A stretch of DNA of 64,000 nt from Mobula hypostoma (Eukaryota): contig NC_086109.1 of the NCBI RefSeq assembly GCF_963921235.1, forward strand, positions 5,830,001 through 5,894,000, in the 5' to 3' direction. The notes beneath the pieces are model-generated. The model made no database searches. It was not told where the DNA came from and saw only the letters and a program-made list of their open reading frames with translations. Numbering within the stretch: position 1 is the stretch's first letter; every line of letters starts with the position of its first letter. A program made the translations under genes and the position numbers. Shown one piece after another: positions 41,091 through 55,804 of this stretch.

Positions 41091-42019
41091 TGCTGCACAA
41101 CAAAGATTTTGCTTCCTGAATACTTTTGGGTGTATCTTATGGATTTTGCACAGCTGATCATGAAAATCACCTTCAAATTTCCTTATGATACACCATTTTT
41201 TTTTAAAATTTGCCTATATTTGTTATTTCAATTCATAATTCAAGTCAGAGTAACTGGTGCAAGATTAAAGAAGTCACTTTTGTTGGTCCACAAATCAATT
41301 CGAAGAATGTCTAGTGAGACCAGAGACAATCACATGGAAGGCATTCAAGTTATGTTCTTGAAATTTTTCTTGCCAACTACAGAGCACCAAACCACTTGCA
41401 ACTGTTTGACAACATAAACAAGAGAAAATCCAAGCAACACACATAAAACGCTGGAGGAACTCAACCTGGCCAGGTAGCGTCTATAGAACAAAGTAAAGCA
41501 TTGATTGTTTACTCCTTTCCATAGATGCTGTTTCACCAGCTGAGTTCCTCCAGCATTGTGTGTGTGTGCTGGTTGACAACATGCTTCAAGCATACAAAAC
41601 CATGTCACTGAAGATTCATTTTCTGCATTCCCATTTAGATTTCTTCTCTGCTAATCTTGGCGCTGTCAGTGATAAGCACATTGAAAGGTTTCACCAGGAC
41701 ATTACAGTCATGGAGAAAAGGTATCAGGGCAACTGGAATCCCTCAATGCCGGCTGATCATTGTTGGACACTTAAGCAAGAAGCCTCAGACGCTGAGTACA
41801 AACGAAAATCATCAACAAAACATTTTTAGCTTAGTCGAACTATTGCAAAGCATCTGCACCGTTATGCAACTGAATGCGTTATATCAAAAGAAAGTTAATT
41901 TCTTGTTTCTCCGAATTCCTATGTGATAAAGGTCATCTGAAATCATATTTTTGTTCAGCTTCAAGCAAAAAAAAAATTTCTGAGAAAGCAACACTTTTGA
42001 AAAAATTTGTTGTCCAGTG
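41091..42019 (+). mobile_element. Chapaev3-type (CMC) DNA transposon remnant, interrupted by a short insert
   Basis: KIKEVTFVGPQI..WKAFK..NYRAPN..NMLQAYKTMSLKIHFLHSHLDFFSANLGAVSDKHIERFHQDITVMEKRYQGNWNPSMPADHCWTLK. Right end ..tttgttgtccagtg, degenerate left end tgctgcacaacaaa. Family assignment is from remembered motifs. Confidence 0.65.
41416..41572. mobile_element. Penelope-terminus hairpin mini-element
   Basis: Inverted arms gctggaggaactca.. / ..tgagttcctccagc. ttgacaacat is duplicated at 41406-41415 and 41573-41582, splitting the transposase frame. Confidence 0.75.
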
Positions 42020-44185
42020 AAATCAATCACCGCTGTTCAGCCTTTTTGGTTTTGTTTCCGTTTCCTTCTACCCGTGAGAAAACAGACTTCAGAAATTGCT
42101 GAAAAACCCTTTGGGATGTCCTGGGGTCATGGGTGATGCCACACCATCGCAGGCATTAATTTCAATATTCTCAATAACTGCTCGAGAGAGAGTGTAACAA
42201 GGATCAGGTTTGCAGCCAGTGCTTGTATTGGGTCTTCGTCTGCTATTCTGCCGGTCTCAAATACTGCAAAGGTTACATTGACATTTTGTTTCTGACGATG
42301 GGAAACAGCAAGTGCTGTTATCAAACTGAAATGACATTGAGACTGTTCTCTGTTTCAACCAACACATGAAGTTTAACAGCTCGAACCTTGATCATCTTGC
42401 ATACAAGGGTGTGTTAGATCAAAATCTGGCATATGAAGTGGGGAGGGGGCAGGGAAGCAAGTACTGAAGGTGGGTGACCCTGTATTCCAGGGATACAGTG
42501 TAACTTTGCGGTTGTCTTTTTCATAAGTTCTTGTTAAGTTTTGATTGAACTGTGAACTTTTCAGTGCAAGTGCAAAATCAAAACTTCAAAGTCAGGGGGT
42601 GCGAGAAAAGTCAGTGATTTTCACTGCCATCTGCCCGAGATGGAACACCGATAGGTAACACCATCGAGAAGATCATTTCAAAAGCAGCACTTATTTATGA
42701 ATTCTCAGGAATATAACAGCATTGAAGGCACCGTGAATGTTTAATCATCTGTTAATGACACACATCCTGTGTTTCTAATTGAAATTCTCATTAGTTGACA
42801 TAATCTGGCACATTTCTACACTTGGATATAGCTGCAGAAGATTTAAAATATGTATTAATTCACTCACGGACCAAGCGCCTGGAAATGAAAGCTCTACGTC
42901 AGTGAATGGCAAGGAACGAGGCGAAGAATGAGCTGGTTCAGCTCGCTGCTCCGCGAGGTTTACTCGCCTCTGCGCTGAACTGAGGTTGTGGCCTGCAGCT
43001 AACGAGCTGCTGGATCAGCTGAGGTGATGACTGGCTTCACGGCTGAGGACTCACTTCCATGAACTTTAGTCATTTGCATGATTTGTTGTTTTTTCTGCAC
43101 ACTGGGTGTTTGATGGTCTTTCAATCAGTTCTATTGGGGTTTCTTTGTTTTGTGGCTGCCTGTAAGGAGATGAATCTCAAGGTTGTATATCATATACAAA
43201 CTTTGGTAATAAATGTACTTTCAGCTTTTGATTATTGACCAAGCATTAACTTGGCGTTTCTCTCCACGAATGCCACCTGACCTGCCAAATATTCCAAGCT
43301 TTGACAGCTACTATCAAAGGTAAACTCAAGACAGAATTGACTGCCTTTTAGCTATGATGGAGGGGTGAAGATTAAGGGTAAAGATTAGCTTTGTTTGTCA
43401 AGTGTGCATCAAAACTTTGAAACATACATTATTTGCATCACATCAAATCGGAGAGGACTGTGCTGGGCAAGTGTCACCACATTTCCAGCCTGAACGTAGC
43501 ATGCCCACAATTCACTAACCCTAACTGTACGTCTTTGGTATGCAGGAGGAAACCAGAGTATCTGGAAAAAGCCCACAAGGTCATGGGTGAATGGCATGGT
43601 TATGATTGCCTTTATCAGTCAGACAATGAGTTCAAGAGTTGGGAAGTTATGTTGCAGATTTTAAAACCCCGGTTGGGCCACATTCGGTTCCGATCGCCCC
43701 ATTACAGGATGAATGTGGAGGCTTTGGAGAAGACCATAAGATATAGGAGCAGAATTAGGCCATTTGGCCCATCAAGTCTGCTCCACCATTTCATTAGGGC
43801 TGATCCAATTTTCCTCTCAGCCCCAATCACCTGCCTTCTCCCTGTAACCTTACTAATCAAAAACCTATCATCCTCCACTCTAAGTATTCCCAATGACTTG
43901 GCCTTTGCAGCCATCTGTGGCAATGGATTGTACAGATTCACCATCCTCAGGCTAAAGAAATTCCTTCTCATCTCTATTCTAAAGGGATGACCCTCTATTC
44001 TGCTGTTGTGCTCTCTGGCCTTGGTTTCTAGGTCTTAGGTCTATTGGAAACAGCTTCTTTACATCCACTCTTTCAATTTTTGAGAAGCATCTGTGGGGAA
44101 AAGGAACTCTCAATATGTTGGGCCAAAGCCCTGCATCAACGCTGGCAGTTCCCCTGCCCACCACAGATGCTGCTCAACCCATTGA

Positions 44186-44767
44186 CAGACATCCCACCTC
44201 TCCCGGAAGTTCCGGGAGTCTCCCGCATTTTAATAGTGGCTCCCTGATGCCTGCAAATTATATACAATGTCACAGAAATCAATTTTTTTGAGAGTGAGCG
44301 AGAGAAAGCAAGCGAGAGCGCGAGAGAAAGCGAGCGAGAGCACGAGAGAGCAAGAGTGTGAGAGAGAAACTGAGAGCGCGAGCGAGAGAGAGAGAGAGAG
44401 CGAGCACGCGCAACGGCAGAGTGTTCCAAAAAAAAAAGAAAGTATAAAACGTACATCACCCCAGACTACAATAAAGTGTCCCCTGCCTAATAGGGGTCAA
44501 AAGTAATGACAGTGTTGCTCGCTGCACTGTTTGCAACAGTGACTTTTCTATTGCCCATGGTGGGTTAAGACTGTAAAAGACATGTTGAGGTGAGTTTAAC
44601 AGGTGTCATTTGTTCATTAGCATAGCTAACGTTATTTAAACTAGCTGGCTAGCTGCTAAGGAGCTACTCTATTGCAGACATCCCACCTCTCCCGGAAATT
44701 CCGGGAGTCTCCCGCAAATTGATGGTGCTACCTCCCTGAAATCAGTTTTTGCAGGGTGGGATGTCTG
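44186..44767. mobile_element. MITE with 13-bp TIRs and 6-bp TSD
   Basis: cagacatcccacc / ggtgggatgtctg; cattga at 44180-85 and 44768-73. Internal direct copy of the left end at 44675-44720 and a GA/GC-rich microsatellite. Inserted in a Penelope-terminus hairpin element. Confidence 0.75.
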
Positions 44768-45262
44768 CATTGACTTCCTCCAGCAGATTATCTGTTGCTC
44801 TCGATTCCAGCATCCACTGCCTCTTACGCCTGCACATGACTGATAAACTTTGAGAGTTATTGAAATGGGCGTTCCTTCTCGAAGAGGCTCCTTGTTGTTT
44901 TTCCCCTTGAGCTTGTAAAAACTAGTCCTAGTTTGGGAACACACTGTGCAAGTGGGGTGCCAACAGTGCAGAGTGTGGTGGGAGTGGACCTGGGAGTTCA
45001 CAGCTCTCAGAGGCAACGCCCTAGTTCACAAGTATTTTTTGTGTGTGTCACTGCTTGACACTGGGTTTGAAAAATTGACACTCAGAAGCAGTGGGTAGAT
45101 GAACTTGATAAAGATATGTTAAAGGATTTGTGCCACATTATCACGCAACCCAAGTTTCAGCTTTGCACTGAAGGAAACATTGTTTTACAAAGAAAGCTTC
45201 TCGCTGGCTCCTCTTTCGTTCAAGAGCTGCTGTCCACTGGCGTCATGTCTATCGGGCACTTA

Positions 45263-45367
<105 letters not shown>

Positions 45368-46124
45368 TTATTGTCCCAACCACTTCCCTGTCCACTCCAC
45401 CTCCAACCCACAGCCCAAACTAATCCCGAACGTTGCCATGGCTACAGTGCTGAGGAAATGACTGGCTTCGTGGCCCCATGGTCATCTGGTGGGCTGAATG
45501 CTGGGTATTTGCTGTCAATGATTATTGCCATGCAGTGAAAAACCCCGTTTTGCAAACTATTCACACTTCAAACAGAGTGCATTGAGGTATAATGCTGTGC
45601 AAAGATCTTCACACTTTTATTTAGCTAGGGTGCCTAAGACATGCACAGTACTGTAGTAATTTTATATATTTGCCATCTCCTTGAGTGCTTCACTGTCAGA
45701 GGTGATGTCAGGAACACGAGAAACTGCAGAGAAGTGCTCTCAGCCCAAACCATCACAAAACATCCCTCCCTATCATCAATCATATCCATAGGAGACGCTG
45801 CCTCCAGAAGACAACGTCCATCATCAAAATCCCCACTATCCGGGCCATGCCATCTTCTCACAGATACAGGAAGCACAGTAGCCACACCACCACGTTCAAG
45901 AACAGCAACTATTCAGTTCTTGAATCAACCCCACTCACTACAGTTTAGCAACACCATGATCAATTTGATCACTTCGCACAACAACAGGCTTTTTTTTTTG
46001 CTCTAATCGTGTTCTTTCTCATAAAAATTGCATGTAATTTGATTTATATTTTTCTTCTGATGCCCTGTGCCTGTAATGCTGCTGTGAGTAAGTTTTTCAC
46101 TGCACCTGTGCAGACACGTACCTG

Positions 46125-46322
46125 TCATTGTTCTTCTCTCCGTGCCTTGTGGCAACTTTGCCCTTTCTTTAGCATTTGTCTGGGTTTTTTTTTTAACAAG
46201 GCCAAGGTGCAAGCTCGCTGCCCAGCCCAGCACGGATGGAAAGCGTGCAAGGAGCCGGCCGGATTCGAACCAGGGCCACTCGCCTCGAAGTCCGGTGCGG
46301 ACGCCACTACACTACCGGCCAG
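46125..46322 (-). mobile_element. tRNA-derived SINE (young, CpG-rich)
   Basis: Minus-strand head ggccggtagtgtagtgg (A box)..ggttcgaatcc (B box), then a non-tRNA body and a tail ccacaaggcacggagagaagaacaa. Inserted in a Rex1 3'UTR. Confidence 0.7.
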
Positions 46323-48809
46323 CGATATGAACTTGTGCAGATGACAATAAAATTAACTTTTTGACGTTGAATGTCACACTGTCAGAGAGGTGATGTCGCT
46401 CAGTAAAAAGGGACCTCTCCCTGCTGACCAGCCAATATTAAGAACAACCAATTTGACTGAATCACATTATCAGTTCCTTGTCATGTTTCTGGGATATATA
46501 CTGCACAATCTAAATTGGTTTATTATTGCCAAATGTACTGAGGTGCAGTGAAGAACCCAGTTTTGCAGACCATCGATACAGATCACTACATACACAGCGC
46601 ATTAAGGTACAATACTGTCTGAGACACTTAGATATAGCTAGGGTGCCTAAGACCTTTGCACAGTACTGTAGTAATTGTATGTATTGCACTGTACTGCTGC
46701 CACAAAAAAACAAATTTCATGACATCTGTGAGTGATGATCAACCTGATTCTGATATGAGTCTCTATTGTGGACTGAGAGTGGGAAGGAGGCAGGAAAAGG
46801 GAAATCATGGTTTGGAAAAGGGGAAGGGAGAGGGGAGGGGAGTGGAAGCACCAGAGAGACATTCTGTAACGATCAATAAACCGATTGTTTGGAATCAAAT
46901 GACCTTGCCTGGTGTCTCAGGGATGGGTGTGTCTGCACCTGTGCCACACCCAGCCTCTGGCTCTCCTCCTCTGCCACCTGTCCCACACCCCTCCTGAGGT
47001 GCTCCACCTCACCAGTCCCAACATCCTTTCTTCCCGCCAGATTTACAAACTCACTCTCTGCTCCATGTTGACAAATACAGTGCTGTACACCCTAGCTATA
47101 TATACTGTATGCACCCAAGACATTTGCATAGTACTGCAGTACGAGGGAAAACAATAACAGAATGCAGAATAAAGTGTTACAGTTACAGAGAAAGTGTAGT
47201 GCAGGTAGTTAATGAGGTAAATAACAAAGTAGGTGTTGAGAGGACAGTCCCCCTTATCGTACTAGAGAACTGTTCAATAGTCTTATAACGGCAGGGTAGA
47301 AGCTGCCCTTGAGCCTGCTGGTATGAAATTTTAGGCGTTTGTATCCTCTGCCTGCTGGGAAAGAGGAGAAGAGAGAATGTCCAACACGGACAGAGTCTTT
47401 GACAGCGTAACCTCCTGCAACCTCTGAGAGGGTTCGGATCTGTGAGTCCTTTCAACTTTGTTCCTGCCAGAAGTATGGACAGAGCCCACTGCTCCTGTGC
47501 TGTGCTGAGCCGAGATGAGCTCTGTGCACGACTCTCTGCGGTTTCTTGTGGCCGCATGCAGAGCAGTTGCCACACCTTGCCATTCTGCACCCAGGCAGAA
47601 TGCTTTTGATGGGGCTTCAGTTTAAAAACTGGTAAGAGTCGATGGGGACAAGCCAAATTTCTCCAGCCTCCTGAGGAAGTAGAGGGGTTGGTCAGCTTTC
47701 TTGGTTGTGACATCAACAATTACGTGAATGTGTGAAGAACAGGCATACAGACTATGTGAAAGCAGGAAACGATCAGCAAAACTGGACTTCATTAGCTTCA
47801 GCAGAACAGTGTAGGCTGGACCTGTTCTGGTGGTGTACTGTTTACGTTCTCTTGTCTCTACATGACAATAAATTTCAGGAACACGTTGATGATTAAAAAC
47901 TGAAGCAAGCAATGAATGACGAACAGCAGAATGAGATGCAGTTTCAGCATATTTTCAGGTCTTATCAATATCAGTTTGCATCGCCGTTTGGTCTTCAAAG
48001 GGATTATTTATCTTGCAGACTCAATACCACTCCCCCTTGATCTGTATCCACGTCTATGAAGTGAGCAGTTTGCTCTAGAATTGAACCTTGTGGGACACCA
48101 CTACCCACTGATAACCACTCTGAAAAAAACTCCCGCTTTGCTGTGTTCTTGGAAAACAGCTAGCCTTCTGCTGTTCAGATCATGCATTTCTTGCAATTTT
48201 CATGTTATACCATTATGTAAAATAGCAGTGCACAGCAATGCAGCGGCTTCAGTAACAGTACCAGTTTTAAATCCTCAGATAATGTTTCAAAGTCCCCAGT
48301 CAGGGATTTCAGTCAACCAAAAGCTCCGCAAATGCAGCACATTGAATTCTTAGACAAACTCATTATCATCCACCCTAAGTTTCACTGCCATGAAGGTGGA
48401 AGCTACGCAGCATCTTTCCCCAAGCAGCAAGGCAGATCAATCCCTCTACCCACTAACCCACCACCACTACTGATTGAGATACAGTGCAGAATAGGCCCTT
48501 CCACCCCTTCAAGCCGCACTGGCCAGCAACCCCCCCCCCCCCAATTTAAAATTAGCCTCATTACGGGGCAATTTACAATGACCGATTAACCCACCAGCTG
48601 GTTCGTCTTTGGACTATGAGCATCTAGAGGAAACATGCACAGTCATGGGGAGAACGTACGGACAGCGGCAGTAACTGAACCTGGCTCGCTGGTACCATAA
48701 GGTGTTGTGCTAAACACACTACCGTCTTGCTCCAGCTTTTATCATTTCCTGTCAGAATCACCTCATGCACAGACAGTTCTCTGCCTAGCACCAGATTATG
48801 GACATCCAA

Positions 48810-50185
48810 CCAATCAGAATCAGGTTCATTACCACCGGCATGTGACATGAAATTTGTGAACTTAGCAACAGCAGTTCAATGCAATACATAATATAGCAGG
48901 GAAAAAACAAAATAATAATAAATTACAGTATATGTATATCGAATAGATTTAAAATAGTGCAGAAAAACAGAAATACTACACATTGAAAAAGTGAGGTAGT
49001 GTCCAAGGGTTCAATGTCCATTTAGGAATCTGATGGCAGAGGGGAAGAAGCTGTTCCTGAATCACTGAGTGTGTGCTTTTAGGTTTCTGTATTTCCTTCC
49101 TGATGGTAGAAATGAGAAGGGGGCATGTCCTGGGTAATGGAGGACTTTAATGATGGATGTTGCCTTTCTGAGCACTGCTCTTTGAAGATGTCCTGGGTAC
49201 TTTGTAGGCTAGTACCCAAGATGGAGCCGACTAAATTTACAACTCTCTGCAGCTTCTTTCAGTCCTGCGCAGTAGCCCCACTCCCCACACCCCACCCCCA
49301 TATCAGATAGTGATGCATCCTGTCAGAATGCTCTCTGTGGTACATCTATAGAGGTTTTTGAGTGTATTTATTGACATACCAAATCTCTTCAAACTCTTAA
49401 TGAAGTATAGCCGTTGTCTTGCCTTCTTTATAACTGCATCGATATGTTGGGACCAGGTTAGATCCTCAGAGATCTTAACACCCAGGAACCTGAAACTGCT
49501 CATTCTCTTCACCTCTGATCCCTCTATGAGGATTGGTATGTGTTCCTTCGTCTTACCCTTCCTGAAGTCCACAATCAGCTCTTTCATCTTACTGACGTTG
49601 AGTGCCAGGTTGTTGCTGCGACACCATTCCACTAGTTGGCATATCTCACTCCTGTACAACCTCTCGTCACCACCTGAGATGCAATTTCCCCCAGGATTAA
49701 TAAAGTATGACTATGACTATGACTATGTATCATCAGCAAATTTCTAGATGGTATTTCAGCTATGCCTGGCCACACAGTCATGTGTATACAGAGAATAGGG
49801 CAGTGGGCTAAGCACACACTCCTGAGGTGCACTAGTGTTGATCGTCAGTGAGGAGGATAAGGTATCACCAATCCACACAGATTGTGGTCTTCCGGTTAGG
49901 AAGTCAAAGATCCAATTGCAGAGGGAGGTACAGAGGCCCAGGTTCTGTAACTTCTCAATCAGGATTGTGGAAATGATGGTATTAAATGCTGAGCTATAGT
50001 CAATGAATATCATCCTGACGTAGGTGTTTGTGTTGTCCAGGTGGTCTAAAGCTGTGCAGCGAGCCATTGAGATTGCATCTGCTGTCGACCTATTATGGCG
50101 ATAGTCAAATTGCAATGGGTCCAGGTTCTTGCTGAGGCAGGAGTTCAGTCTAGTCATGACCAACCTCTCAAAGCATTTCATCACT
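48810..50185 (-). mobile_element. Rex1/Babar LINE, RT to 3'UTR (decayed)
   Basis: [53 protein letters not shown]..; WCRSNNLALNVSKMKELIVDFRK..KKARQRLYF. Confidence 0.9.
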
Positions 50186-50429
50186 GTATAAAAGCTATAG
50201 TTTTTTTTTTAATTTTGTTTTCTTTCTTATTGTGTACTTCTGGTTGCTCCTCAGATCCAGAGTAACAATTATTTTGTCCTCCTTTGTACTTGTGTACAGA
50301 AATGGCATTAAACAAAGTTGTATCTTGCCAGAGTTTCCCCAAAAGCACACAGCCATCAAACACTAAAATGAATATCAACTCCAGAAGGTTCTCTCTCTCC
50401 TGAGCCAATTCGTCAGAAAGACTCCCAAC

Positions 50430-50497
50430 CGGGGGTTCGCAACCCGGGGTCCACGGACCCCTTGCTTAATGGCACAAAAAAAAAGTTGGGACCCCTG
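50430..50497. mobile_element. Tiny hAT-type MITE
   Basis: cgggggttcgcaacc / agttgggacccctg ends with an imperfect 8-bp flank duplication (ctcccaac / cccccaat). A related copy lies near 55352-55420. Confidence 0.5.
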
Positions 50498-53400
50498 CCC
50501 CCAATGAAAGGAACTAATTGTGACTTGCTCAAAGACCATCACCAAACAAATTAAAAGGCCTATCATAAGAGGAACGTTTAATGACTCTAGACATCTACTC
50601 ACTGGAATTTAAAAGAATGAAGGGGGATCCCATTGAAACCTATTGAATATTGAAAGGCCTGGATAGAGTGGATGCAGAGAGGATGTTTCCAATAGTTTGG
50701 GAGTCTAGCATCAGAATAGAGGGATGTCCATTTAGAACAGAAGTGAAGAGGAATTTCTTTAGCCAGAGGGTGGTGAATCTGTGGAACTCATTGCGACAGA
50801 CAGCTGTGGAGGCCAAGTCGTGGAGTGTATTTAAAGCGGAGCTGATAGATTCCTGTTAAGACAGGGTGTGAAAGGTTACAGGAAGAAGGCAGGATAATAG
50901 CGTTTTGAGGAAAATAGATCAGTCATGATCAAATAGCGGAGCTGATGATCCAAATGACCTAATTCTACTCCAATGTCTTATAGAATATAGGCCTGCAGAC
51001 TCTCTATACACCGGAGGTCAGGATCGAACTTGGGATTCTGGAATGTGGGATAGCAGTACTACCTATCTCTCGCTCTATCCATCCACCCTGAAGAGTCCTG
51101 GCCGGAAACATCGAGTGTTTATTCCCCTCCATAAATGTTGCCTCTCCTGCTGAGTTACTCCAGAGTTGTGCACGTTGCTCAAAATTTCCATCATCTGCAA
51201 ATCCCATCCATCCATCAGTCTGTCTGTCCCGAAGAGCCTCGGCACAAATCGTTGACCATTATTCCCTTCCAAAGATGCTGCCTCACCTACCGAGCTCCTC
51301 CAGCATTTTGTAAGATTTCCTGCACCTGCAGAATCTCTTGTCTGTCTACCTATCGCTCTAACAGCTCTCTTTAACCTATGGATGGATCAGACTACGTAAA
51401 TTCAGGGATCTTCAAGGTAATCCTATTGGACTGATTCCCTTTGCCCAATCTACCCCTCCCACACCCTCTGCAACTTCAAAACAATTCCTTTCATCCCTTT
51501 CCCAATTCAATCAAAGGGTCTTTGACCTGAAGTGATAGCTCTGCTTCTCTTTCCACAGATGCTACCCAACCCAATGATTCTGCAGCCTCCGGTGTCGGAG
51601 AAACTCCCCCGCCCCCTCTCCACAGTTCACCTCACTGAAACTGACACAGAATTCTCCATCCATCTTCCTTGAGCTTCTTAAAATCGTTTTTTTCTGCTTT
51701 TCTCCATTAGGGCTCACGGTTAACGCAACTCTATTACAGCTCAGGGCGTCAGAGTTCAGAGTTCAATTCCAGTGCTGTTTGTAAGGAATCTACACCTTCT
51801 CGCCATGAATGCTTGGCTTTTCTCCAGGTGCTCTGGTTTCTTCCCACAGTCCAAAAATATTAGTTGGTTAATTGGTCATTGTAAATTGCCCTGTGATGAA
51901 GCTAGTGTTAAATAGGTGAGTTGCTGGGCAGTGTACTTCTCTAAGTAAAGGAATTTCCCAAAGATTCCCTACATCCTTCTTTTATTTTAATCAAATTCTA
52001 TGAAGCATATGCCTAACCTTTATTTTCCATTACCTTTTGGTGCTTTGATTTCTCATGAAATTACAAACACTCAGTAAGTTCACAAGTCCTTTAGTTAAGA
52101 ATTGTTCTGTTGTACTAGAGTTCCGTGTGCAAACATTTCTTCCATTCCAACCTGGTTATCACCGCCCTATTATTTGTCCTCATTCAGTCAGGGCTCCTAG
52201 ATTCAATACTGTTGTCCTCTGAAAGAATGATCTTTAACTTGCACGTCACGTAGTCGCTGCACTCGAAGTTTCATTGTACATTCAGTCTGATTCATCGTGA
52301 CATTTATAACCAAGCAGCTTCAAAGGATCCACCACATATTTCAGAAATCTCATTTCCTCATTTCGAAGGACTTCCTCACAGTCCCAAATAACATATGGGC
52401 AACTAAATCAACCAGAACTATTTGGACGACCTAGACCCATCTTAAGTAACATCTTTGATCGGCCATCTTTGATCATATTGACCACGTTGGTTCTCCTTAA
52501 CCAACTCAACTCTCCTTGCCTCATGTATTTTCCCTACATTATTCCTCTGTTTACATTCATAATCTACCCATCTATCCAATGAGCACAGCAGACAGAGGGG
52601 AACAGGTCCACATTATTTACTTGCATTTCCAGAAGGCGTTCGATAAGGTGCTGCATAAAAGACTTATCCATAAGATAAGGATGCATAGAGTTGGGGGGGG
52701 GGTGATGTATTAGCATGGATAGAGGATTGGGTAACTAACAGAAAGCAAAGACTTGGGATACATGGGTGTTATTCTGGTTGGCAATCAGTAGTGAGTGGTG
52801 TGTTGCAGGGGTCAGTGCTGGGCCCACAACTGTTCGCGATATACATTAACGATCTGGAAGAGAGGACCGAGTGTAGTGTATCTAAGTTTGCCGATGAAAC
52901 TAAATTGAGTAGAAAAGCAAATTGTGCAGAGGATACGGAGAATCTGCAGAGGGATATAGATAGATTGAATGTGTGGGCAAGGGTCTGGCAGATGGAATAC
53001 CTGTAACATCTTTGGAATATGGGAGAAAACCAGAACACCTGGAGGAAGCTCACTCGGTCACGGAAAAAAATGAACAAATTCCTTGTAGAGAACAGTGGGA
53101 ATTGAACCCCAATCGTTGGCGCTATAAAGTGTTACGCGAACCGCTACACTATCGTGCTACCCAATCACGTGCTTCATCCTAATCTGTTTATTTTCAGATT
53201 GGCCAGCTTTCTGTTAGTACTGTTAAATTCATTGCGTTCAGCAGTCCTTTTTATTTCTGATGACCTGCCCATTGCAGTGTATGCGTCTCACTTCACATGA
53301 TGAGTGTGCACCTAGTCCTCCCTCCTCAACACTGTTAACCTTGGGAGGCTTAAAGTTCAAAGTACATTTATTATCAAAGTACGTATACTACATACAACCA

Positions 53401-54116
53401 TGAGATATGCCACAAAACCCAATAGAACATATTAAAAAAGACCATCAAAACCCCAATGTGCAGAAGAAAAACAAACCGTGCAAACAATAAAACAAGCAAG
53501 TCACATTCAGAACTGAAGTTCATGAAAGTGAGATCACAGCCACAAAGCCAGTCAACACTGGAGCTGATCTAGGAACCTGAAGCCTTTTGGCACAGCTGCT
53601 GTTCAGCGCGAAGACAAGCAAACCTCACTGAGCAACAAACTGAACACCATCCCTCGCGTCACAAAGCACATCATCAGCGGCAGATCACAAAGGAAAGGTC
53701 TAATAAGAGGTGTGATGAGGAGCATACAACTTGGATTCCACTTCCTTTTAGAAATGACATCATCTCTATTGGACCTTTGTTCAAAGTTCTTAGAATCAAC
53801 GTCAACAGAAACATGACACAACCGCAACTCCACTATTCTCATTTTTCCTTGTCCCATCAGAAGACAAAGACTCGACCTTTGCAAATATCAACTCCTTCTG
53901 ATCTCCCGTGTTGAATTTGACTGGATGAATAACAGTACCATATGCTTATTTTAGCAGTGACAGTGTTTCTGCCCTTGAGTGACATGTACAAAAAAACGTA
54001 TTTTCTAAATCATGACGAGTAATTCACCCAGTCTCGAGACGCTTGAATGACTAACTGCAACAAGACTTTCGAAACAGTTTCGAAAAGTGAGCTTGTGCTG
54101 CACATAAGTTTCACTA

Positions 54117-54305
<189 letters not shown>

Positions 54306-55804
54306 TTAACCATGGAAATAGTTTAAAATCCAAGTCTCTTGTTGCATGTTGTTGATGTCTGAATGAAGCTAACCGCAATCAGGACACACCACAGGCCCAT
54401 TCATAACCCAGAATAGGTGAAGGTCGCAAAACCAGAAGTGGGCGTTCGGACAGTTCAGAGAAAGCACTTTCACTTGTGATGGGATAGAGGCCAGAGCCGT
54501 GAGCAATGCCTCTGAATATCTTAGAAAAATCCACTTCCCCAGCCACTCTGAACCACGGTCTGCCGATTGGTTACAAAGAGGTGGTCACTGGACAGGTGTG
54601 ATCTAACCCAGCCAGTGGCAGGTGAGAGAGGCGGAGGGGGCAGCGAACGAAATCGAGTTCAGGTAAACTAGCCACCAGCAGCGTCAGATCAGAGCTGATT
54701 TGAAAAGACTGCACTATTTTTAAATTTACAAATTGTAGTTTTCCTATTTTCCTCCAGATATGCTGTAGCTGTGAAAGGTAATATAATAGAAAGCCTTAAT
54801 TCTCGCTTGTTCCATTACAATAATTAATGTGTCCATTTTCCCCTCAATTTAGGAATACTTATGGAGGCATCTTTCTCCCTGAACATCCTTTCAATGTTCT
54901 CAAACTCAAGGTAAATTTATTATCAAAGTATGTATATCTCACCATCTACTACCTTCAGAGTCATTACCTTGCAGGCATTTTCCAGGGATGGCATGGTGGC
55001 TCAGTGGTTAAATGCCTGCTACTGCCTGTATAGGAGTTTGTACGTTCTCCCCGCGACTTGTGGGTTTCCTCCAGATGCTCCAGTTTTCTTCCAAAGACCA
55101 AAGACATACCAGTTGGTAGGTTAATTGGTCATTGTAAATTGCCCTGTGATTAAGCTCGGGTTCAATCGGGGGATTGCTCAGCAGTGGCGGCTCAAAGGGC
55201 CGCACTGTATCTCAACGAATAAAGGAATACTAAGAAATACAATAGAACTTTTGGGATTGCTCTGAGAGCCAGCACACACTCGATGAGCTGAAGGCTTCCT
55301 TTTCCTCACAGGCATTTACCAGGGGTGGCACAGTAGCGTAGCAGTTAGCAGCAGAGGTTCCCAACCATAGACCAATGCTGTCAAGCAAGGGGTCTGTAGA
55401 CCAAAGGTTGGGAAACCCAGTTCTCTATGTCATAAAGAGCTTGCACATTGTGTGCTTCTCAGTTTTTGTGAGGAGTTTGTCATTGAATGTCAGGGTAGTA
55501 TATGGTGACACATATGGATATTGACAATAATTTTATTTTGAACTTTGAACTGAGAGAAGGATGAAAGCTGGATCCTGTTTTCCAACAAAAACCCTTAATA
55601 ACAGATATGATATATTGTCACAGACGTTTAGTCTGGGAAAGGAGAGTCTAATACTACAGGGCACAGGTTTAAGAAGAGAAGGAGAAGAGCTAAAAGGTGA
55701 TCCCAGAGGCAATTTTTGAGACATTTGAACAAGTACAGAGATAGGAAAGGTTTAGGGGAATGTGACCCAAATGTAGGAAAATGGGATTAACACAGATGGT
55801 TAAC

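Noticed and set aside
42127..42324. 65-aa protein-like ORF
   Set aside because: Short, TTG start, in-frame stop just upstream, no recognised homology.
46250..46322. tRNA gene
   Set aside because: A and B boxes are present, but the anticodon arm does not pair properly and it continues into a SINE body and tail.
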